Below, in pieces: positions 16,232-26,349 of a DNA stretch of 35,519 bases. Position 1 is the stretch's first letter. Every line of letters begins with the position of its first letter. Source of the DNA: an uncultured Pseudomonadales bacterium. Its GTDB lineage: Bacteria > Patescibacteriota > Microgenomatia > UBA1400 > UBA12108. The translations under genes were made by a program, and so were the position numbers. The stretch is from assembly GCA_964397885.1 (NCBI GenBank), contig CAYNKT010000002.1:1-35519 (forward strand), given 5' to 3'. Below the pieces are notes generated by a model. The model was not told the origin of the DNA and did not search any database. It saw nothing but the letters and a program-made list of their open reading frames with translations.

Positions 16232-17521
16232 TCAGGGCAGAAATGACTTGATGAATTCTAGCAACTTTTTGGCAGACCCTTTGATCTCAAGTCCTTTGAG
16301 TCTTGGCATCTTAATACTAGAGGCGACTCGCGTCCCCTCACTACGGGCGGAGATGAGTAAAAGGCCGGTCACGGTTGCATATTCGGGGGACTTGATCTCG
16401 TCGATGAGGCCAGTTAAGCCACGCGGAGAGCCTATTCTTGACTGAAGTCCCAGGACTTTGCGGGCAACCTCGCCAACGTTGTAGGTAAGAGCACCGCCGC
16501 CGGTAAGAACAAGCCCTGCCGGGGTCTTGCCTACCAGGCCGGCTTTAATGATCTCAGACTTAATTAGCTCAAAGATCTCGTTCACTCTAGGCCTTACTAT
16601 CCCTTCGGTAACGGCTTTGCGTGAGATTTTTTTGGGTCCGTCTTTGATCCCTAGTTTGTAGAGGTCAATCTCGTCCGCTTGTTTTTTGGCGGTAACGTTT
16701 TTGGGGTCTAAAACACGGCTATGGAGAGTCTCGGGCTCGAGATTGCGTTTGATTTTTTCAGCAACATCGAGACTTACTCTCAGACCTATCGCGATGTCGT
16801 TAGTGATATTTTTGGCTCCCACCGGGATCACGGTCGAGTGAGAGAGGGCGCCCTCTACGTATGAGGTGACACTGGTAGTCCCTCCACCGATGTCACACAT
16901 AATGACTCCTAGCTCTTTTTCTGTTTCGGTAAGAACAGCTTCGCTTGAAGCTAGGCCCACGTATGTCACCATACTGGCGTCTACGCCGATTTCCGACATG
17001 ACTTTGCCGATGTTTTTGACATTGACGGAGGATGCGGTAACTAGATGAGCCTCTGCCTCGAGTCTTACCCCAGACATGCCGACTGGGTCTTTGATGCCTT
17101 CTTGATTGTCGACCAGGAAAAAGCGGGGAACGACATGAAGAATCTCGCGGGAGTCAGGGAGAGGGACGGCTTTGGCAGCCTCGACCACGCGCTCGACGTC
17201 GTCTCTAGTGATCTCTGAGTCTGGATTGCCGACAGCTACCAGCCCTTTGCTGTTTTGGGATTCGATGTGGATGCCAGAGATACTGACGCTAGCATCGCGG
17301 ATACTAACTCCTGCCATGCGCTCGGCTGCCTCGACACTGCTTGTGGCTGCGTCTATGGCCTCTTCGATGTCGACTATCTGGCTTTTGCGGATACCTTTGC
17401 TCTCAACTGAGGAGACACCGACTACCCTAAGGGTCTTTTCGTCTTCTCCGATACTACCGATTACGGTCGTGATTTTGCTACTGCCGATATCTACGCCGGC
17501 AAAGATATTTGGTTTTTTCAT
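16232..17521 (-). CDS. ftsA: Cell division protein FtsA (actin-like ATPase)
   Basis: Phosphate-1 is AGVDIGSSKITTVIG, phosphate-2 is CDIGGGTTSVT and the adenosine motif is LVLTGGGA. The C-terminus is an amphipathic helix, and the gene sits between ftsQ and ftsZ. Confidence 0.9.
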   Translation of the reverse strand: MKKPNIFAGVDIGSSKITTVIGSIGEDEKTLRVVGVSSVESKGIRKSQIVDIEEAIDAATSSVEAAERMAGVSIRDASVSISGIHIESQNSKGLVAVGNPDSEITRDDVERVVEAAKAVPLPDSREILHVVPRFFLVDNQEGIKDPVGMSGVRLEAEAHLVTASSVNVKNIGKVMSEIGVDASMVTYVGLASSEAVLTETEKELGVIMCDIGGGTTSVTSYVEGALSHSTVIPVGAKNITNDIAIGLRVSLDVAEKIKRNLEPETLHSRVLDPKNVTAKKQADEIDLYKLGIKDGPKKISRKAVTEGIVRPRVNEIFELIKSEIIKAGLVGKTPAGLVLTGGGALTYNVGEVARKVLGLQSRIGSPRGLTGLIDEIKSPEYATVTGLLLISARSEGTRVASSIKMPRLKGLEIKGSAKKLLEFIKSFLP

Positions 17522-17539
17522 GCGATAACTATTCTAGCA

Positions 17540-18259
17540 TTAATAAGATTTGAGTACGGGTTGATTAAACCGCACATCAACCGTATTTACATTACTCATT
17601 GTAGGGTCAAGTAGGATAGCTTGCAAGGCTCTAAGCTGTCCCGTCAAGTCTTTGGTCGTGGTAAGGAGTGCCTGGGTGCCTGATTGAAGAATTATAGTCA
17701 AGGTAGTCGCCTCTAGCCGGATGTTTTTCACAGCTAGTTGTTCCGCCTTGATGACGAGAGCTAGCTCGATGGCTTGCCTTACACTTGCACTCATGACCTC
17801 TGCTCCAGGCTGTAGCTCACTGATATTCTCGACTTGCACGGTGGGGACGTTTGGATCTTCACGCCTTAACCCGATAATCCTAAACCGAGAATCGACGGTG
17901 ACCCACTCTCCCTCAACACCTAGGTGAGAAATGGCAGCAACGGGATAGACGGACTGCATGCTAACTGTAAGTCTCGCGGGGAGTGCGCGAGTAATCTCGG
18001 CCTGACGGACTGTGTAGTCACCAGATAAGAGTTTGTCTCTCAATGAGTTGGTGTCTAGCGTTAGCAAATTGATCCCAGCATACTTGTCGAGCTCAGCCAT
18101 GACAAATGGGTTGTCGCATGGCTCATAGTCTAGTTCACAGATAATCTCGCGGACAGTAAAGGCGGACGTGTGAAAACAAATCCACCAACCCACCACTAAA
18201 CTCAAAATTAGCGTGACTGGCAGGAGATAATCCCTTGTAATAACAAGATATTTGGACAT
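17540..18259 (-). CDS. ftsQ: Cell division protein FtsQ/DivIB-like (TM + POTRA)
   Basis: It has a single N-terminal TM helix followed by a POTRA-like beta/alpha domain. It occupies the conserved position between murG and ftsA. Its ATG directly abuts the murG stop (TAAATG). Confidence 0.7.
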   Translation of the reverse strand: MSKYLVITRDYLLPVTLILSLVVGWWICFHTSAFTVREIICELDYEPCDNPFVMAELDKYAGINLLTLDTNSLRDKLLSGDYTVRQAEITRALPARLTVSMQSVYPVAAISHLGVEGEWVTVDSRFRIIGLRREDPNVPTVQVENISELQPGAEVMSASVRQAIELALVIKAEQLAVKNIRLEATTLTIILQSGTQALLTTTKDLTGQLRALQAILLDPTMSNVNTVDVRFNQPVLKSY

Positions 18260-19336
18260 TTAGGCTCCGAGGTCGTGTAGGATGGTCTCGGTAATTTTTG
18301 CTGAAGCATCGGTTTTAAGTGTGAGAGGACTCGCAACAAGCCCAAAGGCTTGTGGCAAGCTACGCATGAGCGAGCTTGAGGAAAGGTCAGCTTGAGGCAA
18401 GATAACTGCGAGTCCGGCCGTGCGTAGTAGCTCGGCCATACGCAGCTGTTCCTGCAGATGAGTGTGGATAAAGGGGATGAGTAGGGATTTTTTGCCTAGG
18501 AGTGCTAGCTCGTAGCAAGTGTGAGCTCCACTCCGGCCGATATATAGATCGCAAGAGCGTAAAACTCGGCCGATCTCCTCTTCGCCGATGTAGCCAACTG
18601 GGCGGTATCTAGCCTTTAACTCTTTACTAAGGCTCTCGCGATGAGTTAGCGCCGTTTGGTAGTCGGCTGTCACACTGCTAGTCCCTGTTTGGTGGATAAG
18701 GTTGTACTTAGGTAGGAGAACCGAGAGGAGAGCAAATACTTGAGTATTAATGATGTGACTGCCCTGTTTGCCACCCATGACGAGAATGGTAGGAAGGGGG
18801 TTGTCAAATAACGGGGATATGGGGGAGGCAAGCACCGACTCACGAATGGGCAGCCCTACCAGCATGGTTTTTGATTGGGGAAAATTGTTTTGTGATGACG
18901 GCCAGGTGAGAAAAACACGCTTAGCAAAGCGGGAGACCAGTTGATTGGCACGACCGGCAACAACTGTTTGTTCGTGGATATACACGGGGATGCCTAGGGC
19001 GAGGGCTGCGACTGCGGTCGCAAAACCAAGATAACTGCCAAAACTCAAGACTGCGTCGGGCTTGATACTCCGAAGTTGCGAGATCGAGGAGGAGATGCCG
19101 AGGGGGATTTTGACAAGACTACTGAGCCTTGGGTATTTACCGATTTTGCCGGCTCTCAAATCATAAAAATCGATACCAGCAGCCTTGACCTCGAGATACT
19201 CGGCCGAGTGGTTTTGATCCCCGTGACTTGCCTGTTTGTGACCAAACCAGAGTATCTCAACACCCCGCGACTTGAGATCTCTTGCTACAACGAGGGCGGA
19301 GTTGTGGTGACCCCCGGTAATTATAATCTTGGTCAT
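18260..19336 (-). CDS. murG: UDP-GlcNAc:lipid I N-acetylglucosaminyltransferase MurG
   Basis: I start the gene at the internal ATG (MTKIIITGGHHNSALVVARDL), which forms an ATGA overlap with the ftsW stop. The GT28 C-terminal region is RSGAHTCYELALLGKKSLLIP. The 53 codons upstream in the ORF track lie inside ftsW. Confidence 0.85.
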   Translation of the reverse strand: MTKIIITGGHHNSALVVARDLKSRGVEILWFGHKQASHGDQNHSAEYLEVKAAGIDFYDLRAGKIGKYPRLSSLVKIPLGISSSISQLRSIKPDAVLSFGSYLGFATAVAALALGIPVYIHEQTVVAGRANQLVSRFAKRVFLTWPSSQNNFPQSKTMLVGLPIRESVLASPISPLFDNPLPTILVMGGKQGSHIINTQVFALLSVLLPKYNLIHQTGTSSVTADYQTALTHRESLSKELKARYRPVGYIGEEEIGRVLRSCDLYIGRSGAHTCYELALLGKKSLLIPFIHTHLQEQLRMAELLRTAGLAVILPQADLSSSSLMRSLPQAFGLVASPLTLKTDASAKITETILHDLGA

Positions 19337-20412
19337 AGTCGCTCCGATCTTGCAACAGATAGGACAATCCCGATACCCAGTAACATTGTAACAAGTGCGG
19401 AGCCTCCGTAGGAAACAAGAGGCATGGGTACTCCTGTCAGTGGAGCGATCGCGACCATGGCTGACAAGTTGAGAATGACCTGCAACCCCATCCAAGTCCC
19501 TACTCCGGCGGCGAGGCTTGCGCTAAACTGGTTTCGGGAATGAGTCGCGATCTTAAGGATGAGCGACAGTAAATAGACAAAAGCAGCAATGAGAATAACA
19601 GCTCCCAAAAACCCGAGCTCCTCTCCTACTACGGCAAAAATCGAGTCGGTCGTGGACTCTGGTAAGTACTCATATTTTTGCCGACTGCGCCCTATTCCGA
19701 GACCTGTCATCCCCCCTGACCCAAGAGCAAGAATAACTTGGCGGATGTGGTAGGAACTTCCAAGCGGGTCGCCCTCGGGGTTAAAAAAGGTAGCAACCCG
19801 AGAAAGGCGGTAAGGTGCAGCCATAATAAGGAGAGTAATAGCAACAAGTCCCAGAAACCCTATCTTGAGAAAGTGAGAAGCGGGATAACCGTTAATAAAG
19901 TAAACGGCAACTGCCAGGATTGCAACCACGAGCGTGGTACCGAGATCAGGCTCGAGCATGATAAGTCCAGAGACCACACCCAGAAAGACTAAAAACTGTC
20001 CCAGTGTTACTTTGCGGGTGTTTAACCAGGAGGAGAGGTAGATTATCTCGATTAGCTTGATGAGTTCGGCTGGCTGTATCGTCATAAAGGGCGTGATAAG
20101 CCAGCGCCTCGCACCCTGAACTTTGGTGCCGATGCCAGGGATTGCGACCAGAAAGAGAAGGGCTAGACCCCCTGCTAGCATGAGAGGAGCCAGCTTGATC
20201 CAGGTTTTGGGAGAGATACGGCTAGCTACGAGCATGAGGACAAGACCAATTCCTGCCCACTTGAGTTGCAGGCGCACAAAGTACCATTTGCTACCAAAGT
20301 CTCGGAGCGCCTCGGCTACACTAGCACTGTAGATCATAAGTAGCCCAAAGCCCAGTAAGGCAATGGTCAAAAATAATACTCTAGTGAAAAGAGAGAGCTC
20401 GATTTTTTTCAT
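19333..20412 (-). CDS. ftsW: SEDS-family lipid II flippase/polymerase FtsW
   Basis: SEDS motifs are present (ARRWLITPFMTIQPAE, LEPDLGTTLV, PESTTDSIFA, GVPMPLVSYGGS). The gene lies between murD and murG. Confidence 0.85.
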   Translation of the reverse strand: MKKIELSLFTRVLFLTIALLGFGLLMIYSASVAEALRDFGSKWYFVRLQLKWAGIGLVLMLVASRISPKTWIKLAPLMLAGGLALLFLVAIPGIGTKVQGARRWLITPFMTIQPAELIKLIEIIYLSSWLNTRKVTLGQFLVFLGVVSGLIMLEPDLGTTLVVAILAVAVYFINGYPASHFLKIGFLGLVAITLLIMAAPYRLSRVATFFNPEGDPLGSSYHIRQVILALGSGGMTGLGIGRSRQKYEYLPESTTDSIFAVVGEELGFLGAVILIAAFVYLLSLILKIATHSRNQFSASLAAGVGTWMGLQVILNLSAMVAIAPLTGVPMPLVSYGGSALVTMLLGIGIVLSVARSERL

Positions 20413-21737
20413 TCGCTTAACTTATGTATACACTCATTAAATTGTCTTCCCCTGTCAAATTCGTTGGCGAAAAGATCAAATGAGGCAAAGCCGGGCGATA
20501 AGAGAACTGTCCAGCCAGGCTTTGATACAGCGGTGGCGAGCGCAACCGCCTGATCCATGCTATCGACTTGGCCGACTATTTTGGCTTGACAAGCACTTCT
20601 CAGTTCACTTACAAATTTCGGAATATTTTTGCATCCAAGGAGAACTATTTTCTCGACAAAACGCGAATTAGCAAGGCTAGAGACAAGCTCGTCTGTGGGT
20701 AGATTTTTGGTGTCTCCACCTAGAATCAGTGTCGTGGGGTTAGCTAAGGACTCCACTGCTTTTATAGTCGCGACTGGAGTCGTAGAGGTAGTGTCGTTAA
20801 CGTATTCGATCCCCGTGACTTGGCCTACAGTCTCGAGTCGAAAGGAGAGCGTGGCAAAGCCCTCGACAACGTCTTTTACCATACCTTCGTCGAGGCGAAG
20901 CTCACGAGCTATGGCTAAGGTGGCTGCAATGTTTTCCTGATTATGAGCGCCCCTAAGCGGAGTAGTCCAGGTTGAGGGGACATCGGACGGGGCATATTCG
21001 ATCACCTTCCCCGGAGAGAGCGAGCTCAGGCTTTGAGATCCAGCGTTACCAGAAAAAGCGATACAGAGATCACCAGGGGTTTGATACCTCGTAAGGGCGG
21101 ATTTGTCAAAAAAGTATTCTTCCATACTGTCGTACCGATTAAGGTGATCGGGATAGAGATTGGTCACAACAGCGATGTGAGGACTTATTTCTAGATCATG
21201 AAAACTGTGGAGCTGGAATGAGGAAAGCTCAAGAACAAGGTAATCTAAATTTTCTAACTCATCTAGTAGGCGGAGGCCAGAAGTCCCTGGGACGTTGCCG
21301 CCTTTTTTTACCTTGCCAGGGTGAGACCGAGAGAGGAGAGCGTAGATTAACTCGGTTGTTGTCGACTTGCCACGGGTCCCGGTAATACCGATAACCTTGC
21401 TGGGAGCGGCTTTGACAACCAAGGCTATCGAGGTATACACAGGCTTACCACTTGACTTGGCATACTTGATAAACTCGGAGTTATCAGGAACTCCAGGATT
21501 TTTGATAATGATGTCAGCCCAGTCGATGTCACTCATTTTGTGGCCACCTAGAGATAAGGAAACAGTTGTCGGGAGCTTGCGTAACGAGCTTTCGAGTTGC
21601 TTGCTGGTCTTTTGATCGGTTGCCCTGACGCGAGCTCCGTGCTCGACTAACCACTCGGCATCACCTAGTCCCCCACCCTGCAGGCCCAAACCAAAAATAA
21701 GGACGTTCTTGCCCGTTACCTCATCTACAAAATTCAT
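20409..21737 (-). CDS. murD: UDP-N-acetylmuramoylalanine--D-glutamate ligase
   Basis: The N-terminal Rossmann motif is GLGLQGGG, the Mur ligase P-loop is GITGTRGKSTT, and LYPDHLNRY and GAHNQENI are present. Confidence 0.9.
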   Translation of the reverse strand: MNFVDEVTGKNVLIFGLGLQGGGLGDAEWLVEHGARVRATDQKTSKQLESSLRKLPTTVSLSLGGHKMSDIDWADIIIKNPGVPDNSEFIKYAKSSGKPVYTSIALVVKAAPSKVIGITGTRGKSTTTELIYALLSRSHPGKVKKGGNVPGTSGLRLLDELENLDYLVLELSSFQLHSFHDLEISPHIAVVTNLYPDHLNRYDSMEEYFFDKSALTRYQTPGDLCIAFSGNAGSQSLSSLSPGKVIEYAPSDVPSTWTTPLRGAHNQENIAATLAIARELRLDEGMVKDVVEGFATLSFRLETVGQVTGIEYVNDTTSTTPVATIKAVESLANPTTLILGGDTKNLPTDELVSSLANSRFVEKIVLLGCKNIPKFVSELRSACQAKIVGQVDSMDQAVALATAVSKPGWTVLLSPGFASFDLFANEFDRGRQFNECIHKLSE

Positions 21738-22483
21738 ACAACTACCTTCTTAGGGTTGTAGTCTAGCCCTAGATAATATTTGATCTGTGATTTTAATCTT
21801 AGCACGTCACCAGTTGTATAAAAGTCTAGTTGGCTAGTCTTGTTATAGCTATTCCTTGGAAGGACAGAGAGGATTTGACTGACGACGGCGGGAGAAGGAT
21901 CGACAAGCTCGATCCCTGGCAGTAATGTAGACAGCTCTTTTTTGACCAGGGGATAATGAGTACATGAGAGACCGATAGCATCTACCTTTTCACGGACAAC
22001 TAAGTCTTTTACGGACGTAAGAATACTTTTCACTTGATCAAAATCTATATTCTCTATGGCAAGGGGGAGACCATGAGGAGTATAGCTCACGACACTATCC
22101 CCTAGTCCCTTGAGCCGTGCTAGGGTTTTGGGGGAACTCAAGGTGCTTCTCGTACCTAAGAGAACAGCGCGCTTGTACAGCGAAAGAGGTTTGATGACTG
22201 GCTCGACCGCAACAACAGGACAAGCTAGAGTGTCACGAAAAACCGAGACACCACCGACTGTTGCGGTATTGCAGGCAATGACCACGAGGTCGGGAGAAAG
22301 CGAGTTAAGATAGCTAGCGATTTTTTGGAGACGAGCGCGTAACCAGGATGCTGACTTGTCTCCGTAGGGGAAAGCTTGTTGGTCTGCGAGATAGATAACG
22401 TGAGACCTGAACTCTGTCTCGAGTAAAGGCTTAAGAATGCTAAATCCGCCTATACCTGAATCAAAAACTACTACCCTATCCAT
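21734..22483 (-). CDS. murI: Glutamate racemase
   Basis: I start the gene at MDRVVVFDSGIGGFSIL, whose ATG lies 1 nt after the mraY stop. Both catalytic Cys boxes are present (VIACNTATV and GLSCTHYPL). Confidence 0.85.
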   Translation of the reverse strand: MDRVVVFDSGIGGFSILKPLLETEFRSHVIYLADQQAFPYGDKSASWLRARLQKIASYLNSLSPDLVVIACNTATVGGVSVFRDTLACPVVAVEPVIKPLSLYKRAVLLGTRSTLSSPKTLARLKGLGDSVVSYTPHGLPLAIENIDFDQVKSILTSVKDLVVREKVDAIGLSCTHYPLVKKELSTLLPGIELVDPSPAVVSQILSVLPRNSYNKTSQLDFYTTGDVLRLKSQIKYYLGLDYNPKKVVV

Positions 22484-22484
22484 A

Positions 22485-23510
22485 CTACAAAAATGCCAGC
22501 CAGAGTCCAAAGAGTGCGAGGACAATACCTGCGAGCCATGCCCGGGTAACTACTTTGGGTTCTTCCCAGCCAACTGATTGTAACCAAAGATGGAAGGGGG
22601 AGATGGGGAGGAGCCGCCTCCCGAGGTAGCGTTTGCCAAACATCTGAATGGCGCTACTTCCTACCTCTAGGATAAAGAGACCGCTAATAACCGTAACGGC
22701 GATGATTTTGCCTAGCAGTAGCCCAATCACGGCGAGAGTGGCACCAAAACTAAGTGCACCAACATCTCCTAGAATTATGCGCGCCGGATAGGTGTTAAAG
22801 TACAAGAAGGCCAGGATGCCACCCAACCAGAGGGAGAGGAAAAGCGTTGTGGGGGTGTCAATAATCGAGGAGGCGAGAATCACAAGCGCGAATAGCGTGA
22901 TCATGAGGAGACCTCCGGCAAGCCCATCGAGACCATCGGTGACGTTGACGGCGTTACTAAAGGAGGTAATAACAAAGGCACTCATCGGGACAAACCACCA
23001 CCCTAGGTCTAGTACTCCGTAGCTGGGGATATTGATGATACTAATGCCCAGAACCTTGTAGAGATACCAGCCTATCCCGAGGCCTATGACCACCTGACCT
23101 AATAACTTGTGACGTAAGCTGAGCCCGACCGCTTTTTGTTTGCCAAAGAACTTGACTACGTCGTCGTAGAGGCCTAGGAGTCCGTAAATCAAGAAGGTGG
23201 CAAAGATAATGTTAACCTCGGCTTGATATGGGTAGACCGAAGTCATGTTGGCACCCACTAGACGGAGCATACCGTTTACGATCAAAAATAGGATGGAGGT
23301 CGAGATAATAATAAGCAGTCCCCCACCCACGGGGATGCCGGCTTTCTTTTTGTGAAGCTTGTTGAAGACGGAGTTGACCGTCCCCATAAAGTCGACAGTA
23401 AGGCGGCCAGGGCGCTGGAATTTGAGGGAGTAGAGGAGGTTAATAAAAGGAACAATAAGCGCTGCGTTAATGGTGAAACTAAAGAGTAAAAAGCCGATTA
23501 GTGAGTTCAT
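22485..23510 (-). CDS. mraY: Phospho-N-acetylmuramoyl-pentapeptide transferase
   Basis: It is a polytopic membrane protein with LYDDVVKF, NAVNVTDGLDGLAGG and ILGDVGALSFGA, and a HHH-region equivalent SPFHLWL. Confidence 0.92.
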   Translation of the reverse strand: MNSLIGFLLFSFTINAALIVPFINLLYSLKFQRPGRLTVDFMGTVNSVFNKLHKKKAGIPVGGGLLIIISTSILFLIVNGMLRLVGANMTSVYPYQAEVNIIFATFLIYGLLGLYDDVVKFFGKQKAVGLSLRHKLLGQVVIGLGIGWYLYKVLGISIINIPSYGVLDLGWWFVPMSAFVITSFSNAVNVTDGLDGLAGGLLMITLFALVILASSIIDTPTTLFLSLWLGGILAFLYFNTYPARIILGDVGALSFGATLAVIGLLLGKIIAVTVISGLFILEVGSSAIQMFGKRYLGRRLLPISPFHLWLQSVGWEEPKVVTRAWLAGIVLALFGLWLAFL

Positions 23511-23533
23511 GATTTAAGTTAAAGTAATAAGGA

Positions 23534-23908
23534 TTAAGGATTAAGTAGTAAGTAATATATTTTGGGGAGAAAGATGAGGGCAGCTATGGTAGCTGAAAAT
23601 ATTGCGGTTACGAGTACGGCACCCGCCGAGACATCTTTGGCACGGCCAATGCCGGGATTTTTTTCGAGAGTAATCGTGTCGCCAAGACTCTCGATCGCCG
23701 AGTTAATCATCTCGGCCGTAAGGACAAGTGCGATCATGATAAAAAGAATTAAGCCCTCAACTTGCGACACTTTGAGCCAAACGGCAAAGATAGAGACCAA
23801 GATGACGGCAAAGAGATGAATACGAAAGTTGACCTGGGTGGTAGTTGCCAAAAAGATACCGCGGAGAGCATTAGTGAAGGTAGAAACGGATAGCCTCTGT
23901 TTGTGCAT
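23534..23908 (-). CDS. dgkA: DgkA-family lipid kinase (diacylglycerol/undecaprenol kinase)
   Basis: It is a 124-aa, 3-TM protein with NFRIH, AEMINSAIESLGD and GRAKDVSAGAVLV, which is the DAGK_prokar pattern. Confidence 0.75.
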   Translation of the reverse strand: MHKQRLSVSTFTNALRGIFLATTTQVNFRIHLFAVILVSIFAVWLKVSQVEGLILFIMIALVLTAEMINSAIESLGDTITLEKNPGIGRAKDVSAGAVLVTAIFSATIAALIFLPKIYYLLLNP

Positions 23909-23934
23909 GTCTATTAGTATACCTTATGTGGGTC

Positions 23935-25254
23935 TTATATACGCTTGATATTGGCAGAGAGCATGGCAAGGCGTGAGTCAAAGTTTTCGTAGCCGCGGTC
24001 GATGTGTTCGACCTCACTAAGGACTGACTCGCCGGAGGCAATAATGGCAGCCATAACCAGGGTTGCACCGCCTCGCAGATCGGGAATTGTGAGGTTAGCG
24101 CCTTTGAGTTTGGTGGGGCCTTTGACCTTTACGGCGTGAGGGTACTTAACTCTTTCGGGAGAGTTAAACTCGTAGTACGAACTAGGATCTTTCGGCATGG
24201 GGTCAAAGTACTTGATATCTGCACCCATCCGGTTGAGTTCACTAGTAAAAGCAAGGCGATGTTCTGTTACTCTTTCGATAACGCAAGAAGTGCCGTGTGC
24301 CTGGGTCATCATGGTCGTCCAGAGAGGCTGCCAGTCGGTCATAAAACCAGGCTCGGGTTGAGTCTCGATGGTTACCGCGCTTAATTCCTTACGCCAAAAA
24401 AAGCGGATACCATAGTCTGCAACTTCGTAACCTCCGCCCACTTGGTCGAGCATCTTGAGGAATGAGGCAATATCTTTTTGTCTAGCGTTTTCGACGATCA
24501 CGTCGCCGCGGGTCGCGATGCCCATACAGGCATATGAAACAGCCTCGTTACGATCAGGCATGACCCAGTGAGTTGCGCCGTGGAGCTCCTTTACGCCTTC
24601 GATCTCGATACTTTCTTTTACTCTTTTGATCTTGGCGCCCATTTTGCAGAAAAAAGTGATGAGGTCGTCGATTTCGGGCTCAAAGGCGGCGTTACCGAGC
24701 ACGGTTTTGCCACGAGCCAAGACCCCCGCGATAATAAGCGCCTCGGTGCCGGTGTGGGATTTTTTGCTAAAAGTATACTCGGCACCATGTAACCCAGAGG
24801 GGGCTGTCAATACGATCCCGTGGTCATCGAGATCGATCCTGGCACCCATGGCGCTAAGGCCGTCGAGGTGGCGATCAATGGGACGGTCGCCGAGCGAGCA
24901 ACCACCTGGGAGGGGTAGGACTGCACGGCCTTTTTTGTTAAGCAGTAATCCGGCAAAGAGGGTCGCGGCACGAGTTTTGACGCCGGCAAACTGGGGAACT
25001 GTGTCGGTAGTTAGGCCGTTGCCGACAATATAGACAGTATTGTCGCCTGGCCGGCTGACTTTAACACCGATTGCCTCTAGAGTTTTGTAGGTAATATCAA
25101 CGTCACCGATCTTGCTCATGTTGAGAAGCCGGCTCTCGCCGATTCCACATGCAGCCGCAATCATTAGCTTGAAACTCGCGTTTTTGGCACCACCTAACCT
25201 GATTGATCCTTTGAGTGGGGTACCTCCTACTACGCGAAAACTCGACATGCTCAC
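23935..25254 (-). CDS. murA: UDP-N-acetylglucosamine 1-carboxyvinyltransferase
   Basis: It contains GGAKNA and the active-site loop LPLPGGCSLGDRPIDRHL (Cys retained). The ORF-track start is GTG at 25254, and an ATG two codons downstream (25248) is an alternative. Confidence 0.92.
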   Translation of the reverse strand: MSMSSFRVVGGTPLKGSIRLGGAKNASFKLMIAAACGIGESRLLNMSKIGDVDITYKTLEAIGVKVSRPGDNTVYIVGNGLTTDTVPQFAGVKTRAATLFAGLLLNKKGRAVLPLPGGCSLGDRPIDRHLDGLSAMGARIDLDDHGIVLTAPSGLHGAEYTFSKKSHTGTEALIIAGVLARGKTVLGNAAFEPEIDDLITFFCKMGAKIKRVKESIEIEGVKELHGATHWVMPDRNEAVSYACMGIATRGDVIVENARQKDIASFLKMLDQVGGGYEVADYGIRFFWRKELSAVTIETQPEPGFMTDWQPLWTTMMTQAHGTSCVIERVTEHRLAFTSELNRMGADIKYFDPMPKDPSSYYEFNSPERVKYPHAVKVKGPTKLKGANLTIPDLRGGATLVMAAIIASGESVLSEVEHIDRGYENFDSRLAMLSANIKRI

Positions 25255-25317
25255 TTTCTAGAATCTAGTACTAAGACTCCAGAGATTAGTAATGTAGAGG
25301 TATTGTAGACCAGAACA

Positions 25318-26325
25318 TTAGTTTTCGCCAATCACAAAGATCTCTAGAGCCAAGGTGACTCCGTACTTGTCCTTGACTTTGTCAGTCACGATTTTGACGA
25401 GGGTCAGCACATCTTGGGTTGTGGTTACACCGCTGCTCACAATAAAGTTGGCGTGAACCTCAGAAACCGAGGCGCCTCCTACACTCTCACCTTTGAGCCC
25501 TGCCTTGTCGATAAGGTATCCTGCAGAAGTGGTGTGAGCGGGTGTACCAATGCGCATGGCGTCGGCAAGCTTGATGTTACGGAAAATGCAGCCTGAGCTA
25601 GGCTTGCCAAGAGGCTGGGTTACAGAACGCCTTTTGACGGCCGCAGTCGCAGTATCCCACAAGGCAGTTTTGTCGCCACGCTTGAGCAGGAATGAGGCAC
25701 TGAGGACGAGCTCGTGAGACTCGTGGAAACGGGAGTGGTCGTAGTCAAACTTGAGATCTTCTTTGGGATATTTAACGATATTACCCTGGGAGTCCATAGC
25801 CTTAATCTCGATAATGTGATCACCAAAGAGACTGTCCAAGTGATGGGAGTTGTTGTAAACTGCGCCCCCAACAGTCCCCGGTAACCCTAACATGTTTTCG
25901 AGACCGGCGAGACCTTGGTCGAGCGTGTAACGAATGAGTTGGTTAGCAGGCACACCAGAGTCTGCCTCGACAATGACCTCTTTGAGGTCGAGCCTTTTGC
26001 TACTGCCAGTAGTACCGCTACTAACAGAGCCGGAAAATCCCTTGAGTTTGATATCTGAAGTTTTGTTTTTGATGACTAGACCTCGGTACCCCCCATCCCG
26101 GACAAGAATGTTACTGCCTCCACCAAGCACAAAATAGGGAACCTGGAACTCGAGCGCGGAGCGGACGGCAAGAACTAGATCCTCTTGGGTTTTGGCCTCA
26201 AAAAAAAGATCTGCCGGGCCGCCAAGCTTGAAGTAAGTATGACGGGAGAGGGGCTCGTTATACTTAACACGTGACTCTCCAAGCGAGCTGGAAAGTAGTT
26301 GGTGTGCAGAGGTAAGTAAAGACAT
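25318..26325 (-). CDS. murB: UDP-N-acetylenolpyruvoylglucosamine reductase
   Basis: The FAD-binding domain is present (FKLGGPADLF, VLGGGSNILV), with C-terminal SAGYLIDKAGLKG and VSEVHANFIV. Confidence 0.9.
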   Translation of the reverse strand: MSLLTSAHQLLSSSLGESRVKYNEPLSRHTYFKLGGPADLFFEAKTQEDLVLAVRSALEFQVPYFVLGGGSNILVRDGGYRGLVIKNKTSDIKLKGFSGSVSSGTTGSSKRLDLKEVIVEADSGVPANQLIRYTLDQGLAGLENMLGLPGTVGGAVYNNSHHLDSLFGDHIIEIKAMDSQGNIVKYPKEDLKFDYDHSRFHESHELVLSASFLLKRGDKTALWDTATAAVKRRSVTQPLGKPSSGCIFRNIKLADAMRIGTPAHTTSAGYLIDKAGLKGESVGGASVSEVHANFIVSSGVTTTQDVLTLVKIVTDKVKDKYGVTLALEIFVIGEN

Positions 26326-26349
26326 GATTTAGATTATAGTAGATAGATT

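Noticed and set aside
18473-18481. Perfect DnaA-box-like 9-mer TGTGGATAA
   Set aside because: It is a single copy inside the murG coding sequence. There is no cluster, AT-rich unwinding element or dnaA/dnaN nearby, and one 9-mer hit in 35 kb is compatible with chance.
19337-19495. N-terminal extensions of the murG ORF, and likewise murC to 27735, murE to 29760 and murI to 22525
   Set aside because: Each extension overlaps the 3' end of the upstream gene and has no homology-like sequence. Internal ATGs give canonical N-termini and form ATGA-type or short-spacer junctions.
26262-26275. CACGTG core resembling the centre of a parS site (TTAACACGTGACTC)
   Set aside because: Only the central 7 nt match the TGTTTCACGTGAAACA consensus, the flanking arms are not palindromic, and the site lies inside murB.
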